A DNA stretch of 64,000 nucleotides from a virus: positions 64,001 through 128,000 of the IMG/VR virus record IMGVR_UViG_3300027708_000025. The stretch is one strand, 5' to 3'. Under the pieces are notes generated by a model that saw nothing but the letters and a program-made list of their open reading frames with translations, did no database searches and was not told where the DNA came from. Positions within the stretch are counted from its first letter, which is position 1, and the number at the start of each line of letters is the position of its first letter. Position numbers and translations under genes: made by a program. Positions 27,068-36,306 of the stretch are shown in pieces.

Positions 27068-27295
27068 TTAAGCCTGTCCAACCATTCTGCGTGAAACAAA
27101 ATATGTTGTGTTACCTTCTGTGTTCATATCTTTACGAACCTTGTAGCCGCTTTGGCGCAAGTCGCTGATACGGGCACGAAGGTTTTTAATGCCAAACAAA
27201 GACCTTGCTTGGGGTGCAGAGATTCCACGACCTGTACCACGCAAGTACGATACCAAGAGTTCTGTCTGTGTTTTGCTAGAATTTACAAATGCCAT
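27068..27295 (-). CDS. Small winged-HTH protein
   Basis: ISAPQARSLFGIKNLRARISDLRQSGYKV pattern. Confidence 0.7.
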   Translation of the reverse strand: MAFVNSSKTQTELLVSYLRGTGRGISAPQARSLFGIKNLRARISDLRQSGYKVRKDMNTEGNTTYFVSRRMVGQA

Positions 27296-27338
27296 TTTAA
27301 ATACCTCATCAATTAATGATAAAAAAGAATGCTAAGAA

Positions 27339-27563
27339 TTATTTCTTAGCAGGTGTTTCAGCCTCTGTTTTTTTTGCGGCTTTCTCTTTTGGAGTAATCA
27401 CTTTAGGATGTGGTTTCTCTTTAGAGTCTGCTTTAGCGGCAGGTGCTGATGCTGTTGTTGCAGGTTTGTCAGCAGGTTTTGTTTCTGCTGGTTTGTCTGC
27501 CGCAACGGCAACTAGGGAGAGAGTAGTAAGTGCTACTGCTGTCAATACTTTAATGGATTTCAT
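27339..27563 (-). CDS. Small secreted Ala/Lys/Pro-rich protein
   Basis: Signal peptide MKSIKVLTAVALTTLSLVAVA-AD; ADKPA repeats; AGGAG SD. Confidence 0.75.
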   Translation of the reverse strand: MKSIKVLTAVALTTLSLVAVAADKPAETKPADKPATTASAPAAKADSKEKPHPKVITPKEKAAKKTEAETPAKK

Positions 27564-27591
27564 AGAATCTCCTAATTTGTTTTGAGATAAC

Positions 27592-27620
27592 ATTATCTCA
27601 TAATATATAACGTTTGTCAA
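27592..27620 (-). promoter_or_regulatory. sigma70-type promoter
   Basis: TTGACA-17bp-GATAAT. Confidence 0.6.
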
Positions 27621-28054
27621 GCCTTTAAGGTTGACCTAATCATCCATGCGTGTTTACCAAATGCATCTTGGCGATCAGCCATAAAATTACTTATGTTGTG
27701 TGCATGATTTTGTTCGGCAAGTTCGTATGCACGTTCAATGCTTGCTAACATTACTGGAATGTCTTCTGATAATCTTTGTAACATTACTTCTGCTGGTGAC
27801 ACAGTTTCATCACCTTGAATTTGTGATAACTGAATAAATCGATTAAAACTTCCTGGTGCATATGAATCCAATGAACGAATTTCTTCTGCAATTTTATCCA
27901 CAACGCCGTAAACTTCAGTATAAATGTTTTCTAAGAATTCGTGATACTGAGGAAAGTTAGGACCAGTTATGTTCCAATGATAGTAATGTGCCTTCAAATA
28001 AAATGCGTAATGATTTGCCAAAACTACTTTTAATGATTGTACTAGTTCTTCCAT
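27617..28054 (-). CDS. dps: Dps family ferritin-like DNA-protection protein
   Basis: HYYHWNITGPNF..HEFLE...DKIAEEIR, KHAWM. Confidence 0.93.
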   Translation of the reverse strand: MEELVQSLKVVLANHYAFYLKAHYYHWNITGPNFPQYHEFLENIYTEVYGVVDKIAEEIRSLDSYAPGSFNRFIQLSQIQGDETVSPAEVMLQRLSEDIPVMLASIERAYELAEQNHAHNISNFMADRQDAFGKHAWMIRSTLKA

Positions 28055-28468
28055 TTAATTTTCTTCCCTCTTTTTGCTTCCGATGTTATACTTTGCTGTT
28101 AATAACCATTCATCTTTTTCTTTATATGAAATAATTTTAATCTGTGATAAAGGTGCAATTGGTTGTTCGGTATCTGTTGCTTTAGGAACAATTTCAATCA
28201 GTCCCCATTCAGCTAATAGTTTACCTATCGTATTACGTCTTGCTAAATCGTTTTCTTCAAAGTCAGTTGGTTTGCCATCTAATGCAAATAACTCTTTAAA
28301 ATGTACAATATAATATTTTCCTTTTTTATGTAAAATATGACACGATTGATATAGAGTTTTATCTTTTCTAGATGCTACACCTATTCTTGTCAATGTTTCT
28401 TTTACCTTAAGAAAATCATCATCTTGCTTTAATCTTACTTCAAGTAAGTCTTCAATGTTCACCGCCAT
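28055..28468 (-). CDS. regA: RegA translational repressor
   Basis: DDFLKVKETLTRIGVAS, QSCHILHK.GKYYIVHFKELF. Confidence 0.97.
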   Translation of the reverse strand: MAVNIEDLLEVRLKQDDDFLKVKETLTRIGVASRKDKTLYQSCHILHKKGKYYIVHFKELFALDGKPTDFEENDLARRNTIGKLLAEWGLIEIVPKATDTEQPIAPLSQIKIISYKEKDEWLLTAKYNIGSKKREEN

Positions 28469-28871
28469 TCTTTTTCTCCTTAGACTTCAATCCACCTTTT
28501 TCTAGTTTTTGTCGCATGATTTTAAGTTGATCGGAGGTTATGAGATTCTGTACTTGTTTAGCTTTAGCATAACTATAGCCAAAATATTCTGAAATCACAT
28601 TAATGTCCTCAACTATTTCATTCTTAAACCATTTGCTGAACCTTTTTCGTGGTCTGATGGTATTTAGTAAATAGAGAAACTGAGGTTTGTTGTCTAAGAG
28701 ATGACGGCTGTTCATCTCATTTGCATATAAGATTGTGTCTGAAAAGTAAGATAGTCCTTTATTAACGATGTACGCATTGTACGATTTTTCGGATAAGTCA
28801 TCATTGTCAGTACCAACCATCATGTTTTCTTTTGATTGGTTGATAGCGTTTAAATAGTCAAATGGTGTCAT
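28452..28871 (-). CDS. 62: Clamp loader small subunit gp62
   Basis: YLNAIN...ANEMN...RKRFSKW; synteny 45-44-62-regA. Confidence 0.93.
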   Translation of the reverse strand: MTPFDYLNAINQSKENMMVGTDNDDLSEKSYNAYIVNKGLSYFSDTILYANEMNSRHLLDNKPQFLYLLNTIRPRKRFSKWFKNEIVEDINVISEYFGYSYAKAKQVQNLITSDQLKIMRQKLEKGGLKSKEKKNGGEH

Positions 28872-29806
28872 TTGAATTCACAGTCAACCATTACTTCGGT
28901 TAAGAAAGCGACAAAGTTGATTTCTTGGTCAACGACAAATGCAGACTTGTATTGATAGTCAGCAAGCAATAGAACCATACGTGGAATAGAATCGGGTTTC
29001 AAACATTCGTTGCTATTGTCAAAGATTCGTTTGAATAATACTGATGGTTCATTGTCTAGATTTTCTGCAACCCACTTACGCATACCCGTGAAGTCTTTTG
29101 CTTTCAATCTTTCAACCAATGTCTTGAAATTGTCACTTGAGATATTTGCAAGAATTCCAGTATCAATCTTACCCGTAGCAGAGTAACGTTGCAGTTCATT
29201 GAGAACACGCCTCCAATCAGGAAAGTGTTTCATAATAAGTTCAGCAACAACTTTTTCTTCAAACTCTACATTTTCTTTTTGCAGAATGCCAGTCATGCGT
29301 TTCATAAAACGACCAGCAAGTTTTGGCTTGTCTGCGGCGTTTATCTTAAATTGTACAACAGAGCACCGGCTATGAAGTGGGGCGATGATACGATTAAGAA
29401 AGTTGCAAGTAAGGATAAAACCACAGTTAGCAGAAAACTCTTCCATGAAGTTCCTGAGTGCGGGTTGAGTAGATTGAGGGTTAAGGTAATCAGCCTCATC
29501 AAGTATGACATATTTTCTTCCACCAGAGAATGATACAGTTGATGCAAAGTTTTTAATTTCATTGCGTAGCGTATCAATGTTGCCGTTCATTGATCCATTG
29601 ATAACAATATAATTACATCCAAGTTCTTCAAGCATAGCCTTTGCGATAGTAGTTTTACCTACACCAGGACCGCCTGTAAGAATTAGATTGGGTACGTTCT
29701 TTTGCTCAACGAATTGTTGGAACGTAGCCTTTAAGTCTGCTGGAAGAATTGTGTCTTCAACAGTTTTTGGTCGATACTTCTCGACCCACAAAAAATCTTG
29801 TAGCAT
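28868..29806 (-). CDS. 44: Clamp loader ATPase gp44
   Basis: LWVEKYRP, GPGVGKTT, LDEAD, SRC. Confidence 0.97.
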   Translation of the reverse strand: MLQDFLWVEKYRPKTVEDTILPADLKATFQQFVEQKNVPNLILTGGPGVGKTTIAKAMLEELGCNYIVINGSMNGNIDTLRNEIKNFASTVSFSGGRKYVILDEADYLNPQSTQPALRNFMEEFSANCGFILTCNFLNRIIAPLHSRCSVVQFKINAADKPKLAGRFMKRMTGILQKENVEFEEKVVAELIMKHFPDWRRVLNELQRYSATGKIDTGILANISSDNFKTLVERLKAKDFTGMRKWVAENLDNEPSVLFKRIFDNSNECLKPDSIPRMVLLLADYQYKSAFVVDQEINFVAFLTEVMVDCEFK

Positions 29807-29871
29807 GTGTTCACCTTATCATAACATAAAAATATATTCTAACACATTGCATGTTAGAATGCAAGCGAGTG

Positions 29872-30135
29872 TTACTTAGCCACACTCTCATAGAGGGTCT
29901 CAACATCATCTTGTTCTTGTTGGACCTCGGTGAAGTTTTGTTTGTGATAAATCTTTGCAAGTTTGCGAGTATACTTTTTAGGCAACTCAAATTTATCTTC
30001 CACGCTAGTAAGAATGTCTTTAATCAAATCACGTTCTGCTTCAATGCGAGTAAGTGAGTTTGAAATTTCAACAAGTGCATCCAGAATCTTTTTACGATCC
30101 TCTGGAGAAGACGGAACAATTACGTTACTACTCAT
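29872..30135 (-). CDS. T4 DsbA-like double-stranded DNA-binding protein
   Basis: IKDI...KL..IYHKQN...ETLYESV resembles T4 DsbA; start reassigned to MSSNVIV. Confidence 0.7.
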   Translation of the reverse strand: MSSNVIVPSSPEDRKKILDALVEISNSLTRIEAERDLIKDILTSVEDKFELPKKYTRKLAKIYHKQNFTEVQQEQDDVETLYESVAK

Positions 30136-30139
30136 TATA

Positions 30140-30811
30140 TTAACCTTCGTACTTAGAGCCAGCTTCAGTAGCAATCCAATATTCAATTTGGTCAGTCGCA
30201 TGTTTGAAATGCGAAATGCCTTTAGATGAAATAGATACATCATATGTACCTGGAACCATCTTAAGATTTTCTGTATTGAAAATCATTTTGAAATTAGATG
30301 TAGTCTCACCAACTTTAATTGAGAAGTTGTCAGACTCATCATTCTTAACATCTAGTGCAGAGATAGAGATTTCAGTACCATCACCAACAACAGCAATGTT
30401 TGGAAGACCCAAGATACCAGACAACTTCAATACTTGATTCATATCGTCTTTTGTCAGTTTGAAATTCACTTCGGAGTTTTCAACCTTGATCTCTTTTGCT
30501 GGTGGTGCAACAATCATAGATTCATCAGCAAGTCCGTATGTAGTTTTAGATGTGCCAGATTTAACTGTAAGATTATTTGCATCAGTATTGATAACAATTT
30601 CTGGATCAGTTAAAGAACTGCAAAGAGAAAGGAATCGATTCAAGTCATAAATGACAAAATCTTTTTCAAATGTTTCTGTTACAGTTGCTTTGCCTAGTAC
30701 GTTCTGTCCTTTGGAGATAGTTCGCACTACAGAGCCTTCTTTGAATTGCATACCAGCATTAATGGTTGCAAAGTTTTTGAGAACGTTAATTGTTGATTCG
30801 CTTAATTTCAT
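30140..30811 (-). CDS. 45: Sliding clamp gp45
   Basis: MKLSESTINVLKNFATIN...IYDLNRFL...YWIATE. Confidence 0.95.
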   Translation of the reverse strand: MKLSESTINVLKNFATINAGMQFKEGSVVRTISKGQNVLGKATVTETFEKDFVIYDLNRFLSLCSSLTDPEIVINTDANNLTVKSGTSKTTYGLADESMIVAPPAKEIKVENSEVNFKLTKDDMNQVLKLSGILGLPNIAVVGDGTEISISALDVKNDESDNFSIKVGETTSNFKMIFNTENLKMVPGTYDVSISSKGISHFKHATDQIEYWIATEAGSKYEG

Positions 30812-31085
30812 TTTGTTTTCCTTCATTCAAGTCGTGTACGTGTAGCATGATTATAGCATAGTGTAAAATTTTTAGCAAGTCTTTACGATTTCGTCCGTCT
30901 TTCTTGCCATATCTTTGTGCATATTTCAGCACATTCCCAATACAGAATCCTTCACCATGTCCACCATCAATGATGAATTCTGTTGCTTGAAATTTGTCAC
31001 GGGAATAATGTTGCCCGTATGTTGAGTCAATGTAAGACTTCAATTCTGTTAAAGTCTTATCTTCATTGTATCGATAATCCGTCAT
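30786..31085 (-). CDS. DUF3310-like protein
   Basis: HYS...GFCIGNVLKYAQRYGKKDG...DLLKILHY. Confidence 0.75.
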   Translation of the reverse strand: MTDYRYNEDKTLTELKSYIDSTYGQHYSRDKFQATEFIIDGGHGEGFCIGNVLKYAQRYGKKDGRNRKDLLKILHYAIIMLHVHDLNEGKQNEIKRINN

Positions 31086-31939
31086 TTTAAATCCGAATCA
31101 CCACGCTTCATAACATCATCACCAGCAGTAGGTGAAACATTAATAGATGCAAGTGCTTGCAAAGAACCACCAAAGATATAACTACCAGCGTGTTTCAAAC
31201 GCAACCATGGAAGCAACCATACCTTACCACCAGCCTTACGCATCCATTGGCAGAACATGTAATCTTCTGATAGATAGCGTTTTGTGTCTGGACAAATAAC
31301 GCAATCAAAGTAAGCCATGATTTCTCTGCTACCATCAAAGTTTGCGGTACGCACATGATCTGGTTTATAACTTTGTGCTGGAAACGCTTTGTCGTATTTT
31401 TCAAGTCCGTCACGGGTAATGAGCATGAAGCCAGTACCGCTTTCTTTCACTTCAACTGGTTCGTCAACTCTGAATTTAGTTACACCATCTGCTGGATTGA
31501 AAACAAAGTCGCCAACAAATTCTTCCAAATTATTTGGATTCTGATCTGCATAGCCTTTGTCAACTGCAACTTTAATCTTCTCCCAAGAAATTGCTTTCTT
31601 TGGATATGGACCACAAACAACATCCATGTCATCACGGGTTGCCGCAAAGTGCATCATAACCAAAACATCCTGCGCCTCAAAATGAATATCACTATCAATA
31701 AAAATCATGTAGTCCATACCACTTCGGACAAATTCATCTGTTAGATAATTTCTAGCACGTTGCACTAGTGATTCATTAAAGATAAAAAATAGTTTTGCTT
31801 CAATACCATATTTGGTACAAAGAATCATAAGGTCTGTGATTGCCTTAGTATACGAACCATGACATTGCCCACCATACATTGGGGTTGCGACAAAAAGTTT
31901 TTTGGTTCTTAGTTTTTGAATATCAATTTCAAATTGCAT
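31082..31939 (-). CDS. GT-A fold glycosyltransferase-like protein
   Basis: ATPMYGG, RARN, FIDSDI (DxD), GTGFMLI, LSEDYMFC. Confidence 0.75.
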   Translation of the reverse strand: MQFEIDIQKLRTKKLFVATPMYGGQCHGSYTKAITDLMILCTKYGIEAKLFFIFNESLVQRARNYLTDEFVRSGMDYMIFIDSDIHFEAQDVLVMMHFAATRDDMDVVCGPYPKKAISWEKIKVAVDKGYADQNPNNLEEFVGDFVFNPADGVTKFRVDEPVEVKESGTGFMLITRDGLEKYDKAFPAQSYKPDHVRTANFDGSREIMAYFDCVICPDTKRYLSEDYMFCQWMRKAGGKVWLLPWLRLKHAGSYIFGGSLQALASINVSPTAGDDVMKRGDSDLK

Positions 31940-31980
31940 AATCTCTCCATGTTTAATAAAATTATCTCACTATTATATAT

Positions 31981-32009
31981 AAAAAAAGAGGCTACGTCAA
32001 GTAGCCTCT
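31981..32009 (-). terminator. Intrinsic terminator
   Basis: AGAGGCTAC-5nt-GTAGCCTCT + T run. Confidence 0.8.
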
Positions 32010-32031
32010 AAGGCATTACTGCCAAGGAGAT

Positions 32032-33219
32032 TTAGAAAGGAACTTCATCCTTATTTGATTCAGACTTCACTTCCGCAGTTGGATCAATACCAGCATCAAT
32101 TTTGCTGTACAAGTCAAGAAATGCAGTCTTTGTTTCGCCATCAAAACGATTGATACAATATTTGATTGCATCCATTTTATCATTGAAGATAGTGTATGCC
32201 TCGGCAATGTGAGACAAACGGCGAGTGGAAATCAATTCATCAATTGCACCTTCTTCAAATGTCTTACGAATGATATCAGCCCACTTCACAAGATTTTCTG
32301 CGAATGCTTTATCGTTGATACCAAGACTGTCAAACAGTTTAGTCAAAATCTTAGTTTCAACTTTAGTGTCAGGATATTCCTGTTCAACTGTAATTGGGAA
32401 ACGCTCAAGGAACGCATCATCAAGAATTGTTGCCGCCATGTAGCGACCAGTCTCATCACCTTTACCTTTGGTGTTTGCAGTAGCGATAATATTGAAACCT
32501 GTAATTGGTTCAACAAATTCACCAGTTTTCTTAACGAACAAACCTTTGCCTTCAAGTACACCTTGCAAGCACATTAGTTTATTTGAACCACGATCAATTT
32601 CATCAAGAATCAAAACGGCACCAGACTTCATTGCTTGAACAACTGGACCATCAAACCACTTTGTCTCTCCGTCAATCAAACGGAAGCCACCAATCAAATC
32701 ATCTTCATCAGTCTCAGGTGAAATATTTACACGGAGACATTCAACTTTCAATTGGGCACATGCTTGTTCAACCATGAAAGTCTTGCCGTTGCCAGAGAGA
32801 CCAGAAACGAATACTGGATAAAATTTCTTTGATGCAACAATACGTTTCATGTTGTCAAAGAATCCAAAAGGAACATATAATGAATTCACTTTGGGAATAA
32901 TTGCGCCTTCTTGCATACGTGCAACGGAAGACATTTTTGCTACCGCTTTTGCAACAGGAGCCATAATGGGTTCAGAGATTGGCATGGAAGAAACTGGATT
33001 GGATTTGACTAGTGCAAGACCAGCCATGTTAACATTAAATTCTTGGAGAGGCAATTGATACTTGCCACGTCCAACTCGGTACTGATCGGCTTCAAGCCAG
33101 AACTGGCGTTTGGTGCCAGTTTCTTCAGAAAGTGTTACCAATTGCTGACGGGTTACAACTTCACCAAAACGTTTTGCGGCTTCGGTAACAAATGCAACTT
33201 TTTCACTTTGCGTAATCAT
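32032..33219 (-). CDS. MoxR/CobS-like AAA+ ATPase
   Basis: GLSGNGKT, ETDEDDLIGG, LDEID, TANTKG, LERF. Confidence 0.9.
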   Translation of the reverse strand: MITQSEKVAFVTEAAKRFGEVVTRQQLVTLSEETGTKRQFWLEADQYRVGRGKYQLPLQEFNVNMAGLALVKSNPVSSMPISEPIMAPVAKAVAKMSSVARMQEGAIIPKVNSLYVPFGFFDNMKRIVASKKFYPVFVSGLSGNGKTFMVEQACAQLKVECLRVNISPETDEDDLIGGFRLIDGETKWFDGPVVQAMKSGAVLILDEIDRGSNKLMCLQGVLEGKGLFVKKTGEFVEPITGFNIIATANTKGKGDETGRYMAATILDDAFLERFPITVEQEYPDTKVETKILTKLFDSLGINDKAFAENLVKWADIIRKTFEEGAIDELISTRRLSHIAEAYTIFNDKMDAIKYCINRFDGETKTAFLDLYSKIDAGIDPTAEVKSESNKDEVPF

Positions 33220-33262
33220 AATATAATTTGCCTTTCAGTTAAAAATCAATTTCAATACTAGT

Positions 33263-33322
33263 AGTATAACAGAATATTTATGGCAAGTCAAGGGTTACTT
33301 TGACTGTTGTTTTTATACAACA
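33263..33322 (-). promoter_or_regulatory. sigma70-type promoter with upstream 18-bp palindrome
   Basis: TTGACT-17-TATACT; TGTTGTTTTTATACAACA at 33305-33322. Confidence 0.75.
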
Positions 33323-35515
33323 TCAAGCAATTTCCTTGATTACCTTAGAGAGAAGAACACGATTAGTCAAACGGTTTTGGTTCATCTTTAAGAATGCACC
33401 TTTCAACTTACGTGCAGAAACATCTTTGGTATCACCAAGAATATCATCTAACGAATCATCATCGGTAGTCAAATCATTACCACCAGGGATTAAGAAGTAC
33501 TCAGAGTATCCATATCCGTTGACAGAGAAAAACTTTTCGTTACGGAATTGCTTGTATCCATCATCCGTCATTATCATGTTGAAACGTGACATTGCATTTT
33601 GAAAATAACGTTTGCTTTTTGGCAGGATGTAGAATCCAATCAAATTGCAACCAGTACGATCTTTTAGAATTTGCAATAACGTTGGCGTCACACCTTTGTC
33701 ACTCACACGATAAGTTTTTGCAGAATCTTTATCTTCAACATAAGATACTGAACGGAAGTCAGAAGGTCCGATTCTAGTACCACGGCAATCGGCGGATGAA
33801 GTCCACAATGTAGTACTGTCTTCTCCGTCTGTCAAAAAGATAACATTCACAATTTCAGAGCGAGTACGTTTACGGAAATCATTCACAACATTAGATGCTA
33901 CTTGAATTGTCGCATTCAACGGAGTGCCACCAAGACCCATATCATTACGGATATAATTGGACTTGTAATTTCTGCGGTGCTGTACATAAGGTTGATATGC
34001 CTCAGCCACTTGCAACAAATCATTTGCAAATTTACGATATGTTTGGTTTTTCATACTGCTGGACAAAATGTTCAACAAAGAAAAATAGTCAATGTCTAAT
34101 TGATTTTCTTCAATATCTACAGGAGAATCAACTGGCATATCTTTTAGTTTCTTTGGATACTGAGTACTGAAAGCATAAACATCAAACGGAATATTCACTT
34201 TGCGGCAGAACGTTGACATTGTAATTAACTGTTCAATCGTACCAGACATATTGTCAGCCATTGAACCAGACCAATCAATGAACATTACAATACCATGATT
34301 CTTACCATCAGCAACGGCACCAATCTTACGGAAGATATCGTCATTGAATTTGTAAGTATGCAATTTGTTAGTGTCAAGTGTACCAGTATCGGAGACTGTT
34401 ACACGGCGCAACTCAGCCGCTTTCTTTTTCATTTCAAATTCTTTTATAAGATATGCAATAGCATTCTTATTCTTGGATTCAAATTTAGTCAATAGAGTAG
34501 CATCATAACGCTCATGCACTTCCAACTCAGGATCATCGTAAAAGTTATCTTCAAAGAACTTCAATTCTTTAAAAGGAACAATATAATTTTTCAAATCAAT
34601 TTTCTTTTGACTTGCAATCTTGCCAACATAAATTTCTTTTGTTTCTGCAAGACCTTTCAATGCTTGTTGAAATTTTTCATCTGTTACAGATTTAACTTCA
34701 TCACCATACACCTTTAACTCATTAGGCATAGTATTTTCAAACGTGGGTTCGTTAGAATACCCATTGTCAAAGCGGTCTTCGGATTCATAATCGTCATCAT
34801 CTTCACCGTCATCGGAGCCAGAACTGTTTGGATTTTTGTCTTCATAGTCTTCGGTATCATCACCAAAGCCATCTTCAGTATCAAACTCTTCATCATCAAA
34901 TTCGCCATTTTCTTTGCGTTTTTGAAATTCTTCTTTAGCCTCTTGACGTTTTTGTTCTAACTCTGCTTTGCAAAATTCATACAAACGTTCGGTGATATCT
35001 TTCACTTGCTCAAACGAATCTGCCGTTTCAACTTCTTTAACATACAGCATTTCTTCAGCATTGAATTTAATGCCTGCAATAGCACCAAGTTTAAAATGTA
35101 AATTGATTCTATCAATCAACATCATTGCGTTTACATCTTGACCTTTGATGCCAAAGAAGTCACGTTCAGTAAATTGACGATAAGCAATAGCCATTGGTTT
35201 ACGCAAACCTGGATATCTGTCTTTCATTCTACGTTCAATACGTGCATCTTCAATCACATTCAAGAATGTAGAAAATGCAGAACCACCAGCCTTAGCGGCA
35301 TCAACATATGATTGTGGTGTGTCTAATGCGTGACCCACTTCATGCCCGACCAAAAGGTCTGTCATTTCAGGTGTGGTGTCGTTCATAATGGGAAGAGTAA
35401 GACGGCGATTGACGATATCAAATGATGCAGTTTGCACCTTGCGATATTCTACCGAAATATTTTCTGTAGCAAGTAACTTTGCTAGAGTGGATTTTGAAAG
35501 TTGTGTATTAAGCAT
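33323..35515 (-). CDS. Metallopeptidase-vWA (CobT-like) partner of the AAA ATPase
   Basis: HEVGH...NVIEDARIE; acidic linker; MIDAS DWSGS...GGTPL...LTDGE. Confidence 0.85.
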   Translation of the reverse strand: MLNTQLSKSTLAKLLATENISVEYRKVQTASFDIVNRRLTLPIMNDTTPEMTDLLVGHEVGHALDTPQSYVDAAKAGGSAFSTFLNVIEDARIERRMKDRYPGLRKPMAIAYRQFTERDFFGIKGQDVNAMMLIDRINLHFKLGAIAGIKFNAEEMLYVKEVETADSFEQVKDITERLYEFCKAELEQKRQEAKEEFQKRKENGEFDDEEFDTEDGFGDDTEDYEDKNPNSSGSDDGEDDDDYESEDRFDNGYSNEPTFENTMPNELKVYGDEVKSVTDEKFQQALKGLAETKEIYVGKIASQKKIDLKNYIVPFKELKFFEDNFYDDPELEVHERYDATLLTKFESKNKNAIAYLIKEFEMKKKAAELRRVTVSDTGTLDTNKLHTYKFNDDIFRKIGAVADGKNHGIVMFIDWSGSMADNMSGTIEQLITMSTFCRKVNIPFDVYAFSTQYPKKLKDMPVDSPVDIEENQLDIDYFSLLNILSSSMKNQTYRKFANDLLQVAEAYQPYVQHRRNYKSNYIRNDMGLGGTPLNATIQVASNVVNDFRKRTRSEIVNVIFLTDGEDSTTLWTSSADCRGTRIGPSDFRSVSYVEDKDSAKTYRVSDKGVTPTLLQILKDRTGCNLIGFYILPKSKRYFQNAMSRFNMIMTDDGYKQFRNEKFFSVNGYGYSEYFLIPGGNDLTTDDDSLDDILGDTKDVSARKLKGAFLKMNQNRLTNRVLLSKVIKEIA

Positions 35516-35521
35516 GTATGT

Positions 35522-35586
35522 ATCTTAACTCAAGTGGATTGAAATGTCAAGCTGTTTCTGCCACAGGTTGTTGTATTATTGCAACA
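35522..35586 (-). promoter_or_regulatory. sigma70-type promoter with upstream 18-bp palindrome
   Basis: TTGACA-17-TAAGAT; TGTTGTATTATTGCAACA at 35569-35586. Confidence 0.65.
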
Positions 35587-36149
35587 ATCTTTGGACGGAT
35601 GATAACTGTCTGTGGAACTTCAATGTCGTTTTGTTTATAGTAGCGGTGCATTTTTACAGTAGCGGTAATTGTTGCAGTTTCACCTTCGGCAGGGAAATCT
35701 GCATTGCCGCTGAAGACAAGTACATTGCCATCGGTATCTTCACAGATACGGAGAAGACTTCTGCCAGAATCAGCCCAGTAGAATTTGGGGCGGTCAACTA
35801 CAATTGCTTTTTTAACTGTTAGAGTAACAGTAATCTTTTTCTTTTCGGTGCCAATGAATGTACGGGTTGCGTTTTTGGTAGCCGCTTGTGCAGTCCATTG
35901 TGCTTTGCGTTCGGCAAAGGTTGCGATAGACTTACGTACAGCAAGGACTTGTTTTTCTGTCAACTTGCCATAACTGTTCAACGAACCAAGAAGGTTTGAG
36001 TAGAACGAATTCTTCTCAGAATTAGAAATAAGGAACTGGACGATATCGCCAGCATCGGAATACGTTTTATAGAACGTTTTGGTGGCATTGTTTATGATGT
36101 TCCGCTTGATGGCGGCATTATAAGCGCAAGGGTGTTCAATGTGTGACAT
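35547..36149 (-). CDS. Hypothetical early protein (possible C-terminal OB-like beta domain)
   Basis: YGKLTEKQ motif; beta-rich C-terminus ending QTVIIRPK. Confidence 0.65.
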   Translation of the reverse strand: MSHIEHPCAYNAAIKRNIINNATKTFYKTYSDAGDIVQFLISNSEKNSFYSNLLGSLNSYGKLTEKQVLAVRKSIATFAERKAQWTAQAATKNATRTFIGTEKKKITVTLTVKKAIVVDRPKFYWADSGRSLLRICEDTDGNVLVFSGNADFPAEGETATITATVKMHRYYKQNDIEVPQTVIIRPKIVAIIQQPVAETA

Positions 36150-36180
36150 AAATTCCTCTGTAATCTCAATCTATATATAG

Positions 36181-36242
36181 AGTATAGCACAGTAGGAACA
36201 GAAGTCAACAACTATTTTACGTAGTGTAGCACTAAAACAACA
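36181..36242 (-). promoter_or_regulatory. sigma70-type promoter (extended -10) with upstream palindrome
   Basis: TTGACT-16-TATACT preceded by TG; TGTAGCACTAAAACAACA at 36225-36242. Confidence 0.7.
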
Positions 36243-36306
36243 CATTTGTGTAAAATAAAGGGCTTTTCCTTAAAAGAACAGGAAAAAACCCTTTAGAATC
36301 AACAAG

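Noticed and set aside
29836-29860. Hairpin ATTCTAACA-7nt-TGTTAGAAT upstream of gp44 as a terminator
   Set aside because: AT-rich stem in the middle of the clamp/clamp-loader operon; could be a processing or regulatory site but the evidence is insufficient
32032-35515. Cobalamin biosynthesis (cobS/cobT) interpretation
   Set aside because: No cobN or other cob genes; these are generic MoxR/vWA proteins common in T4-like phages
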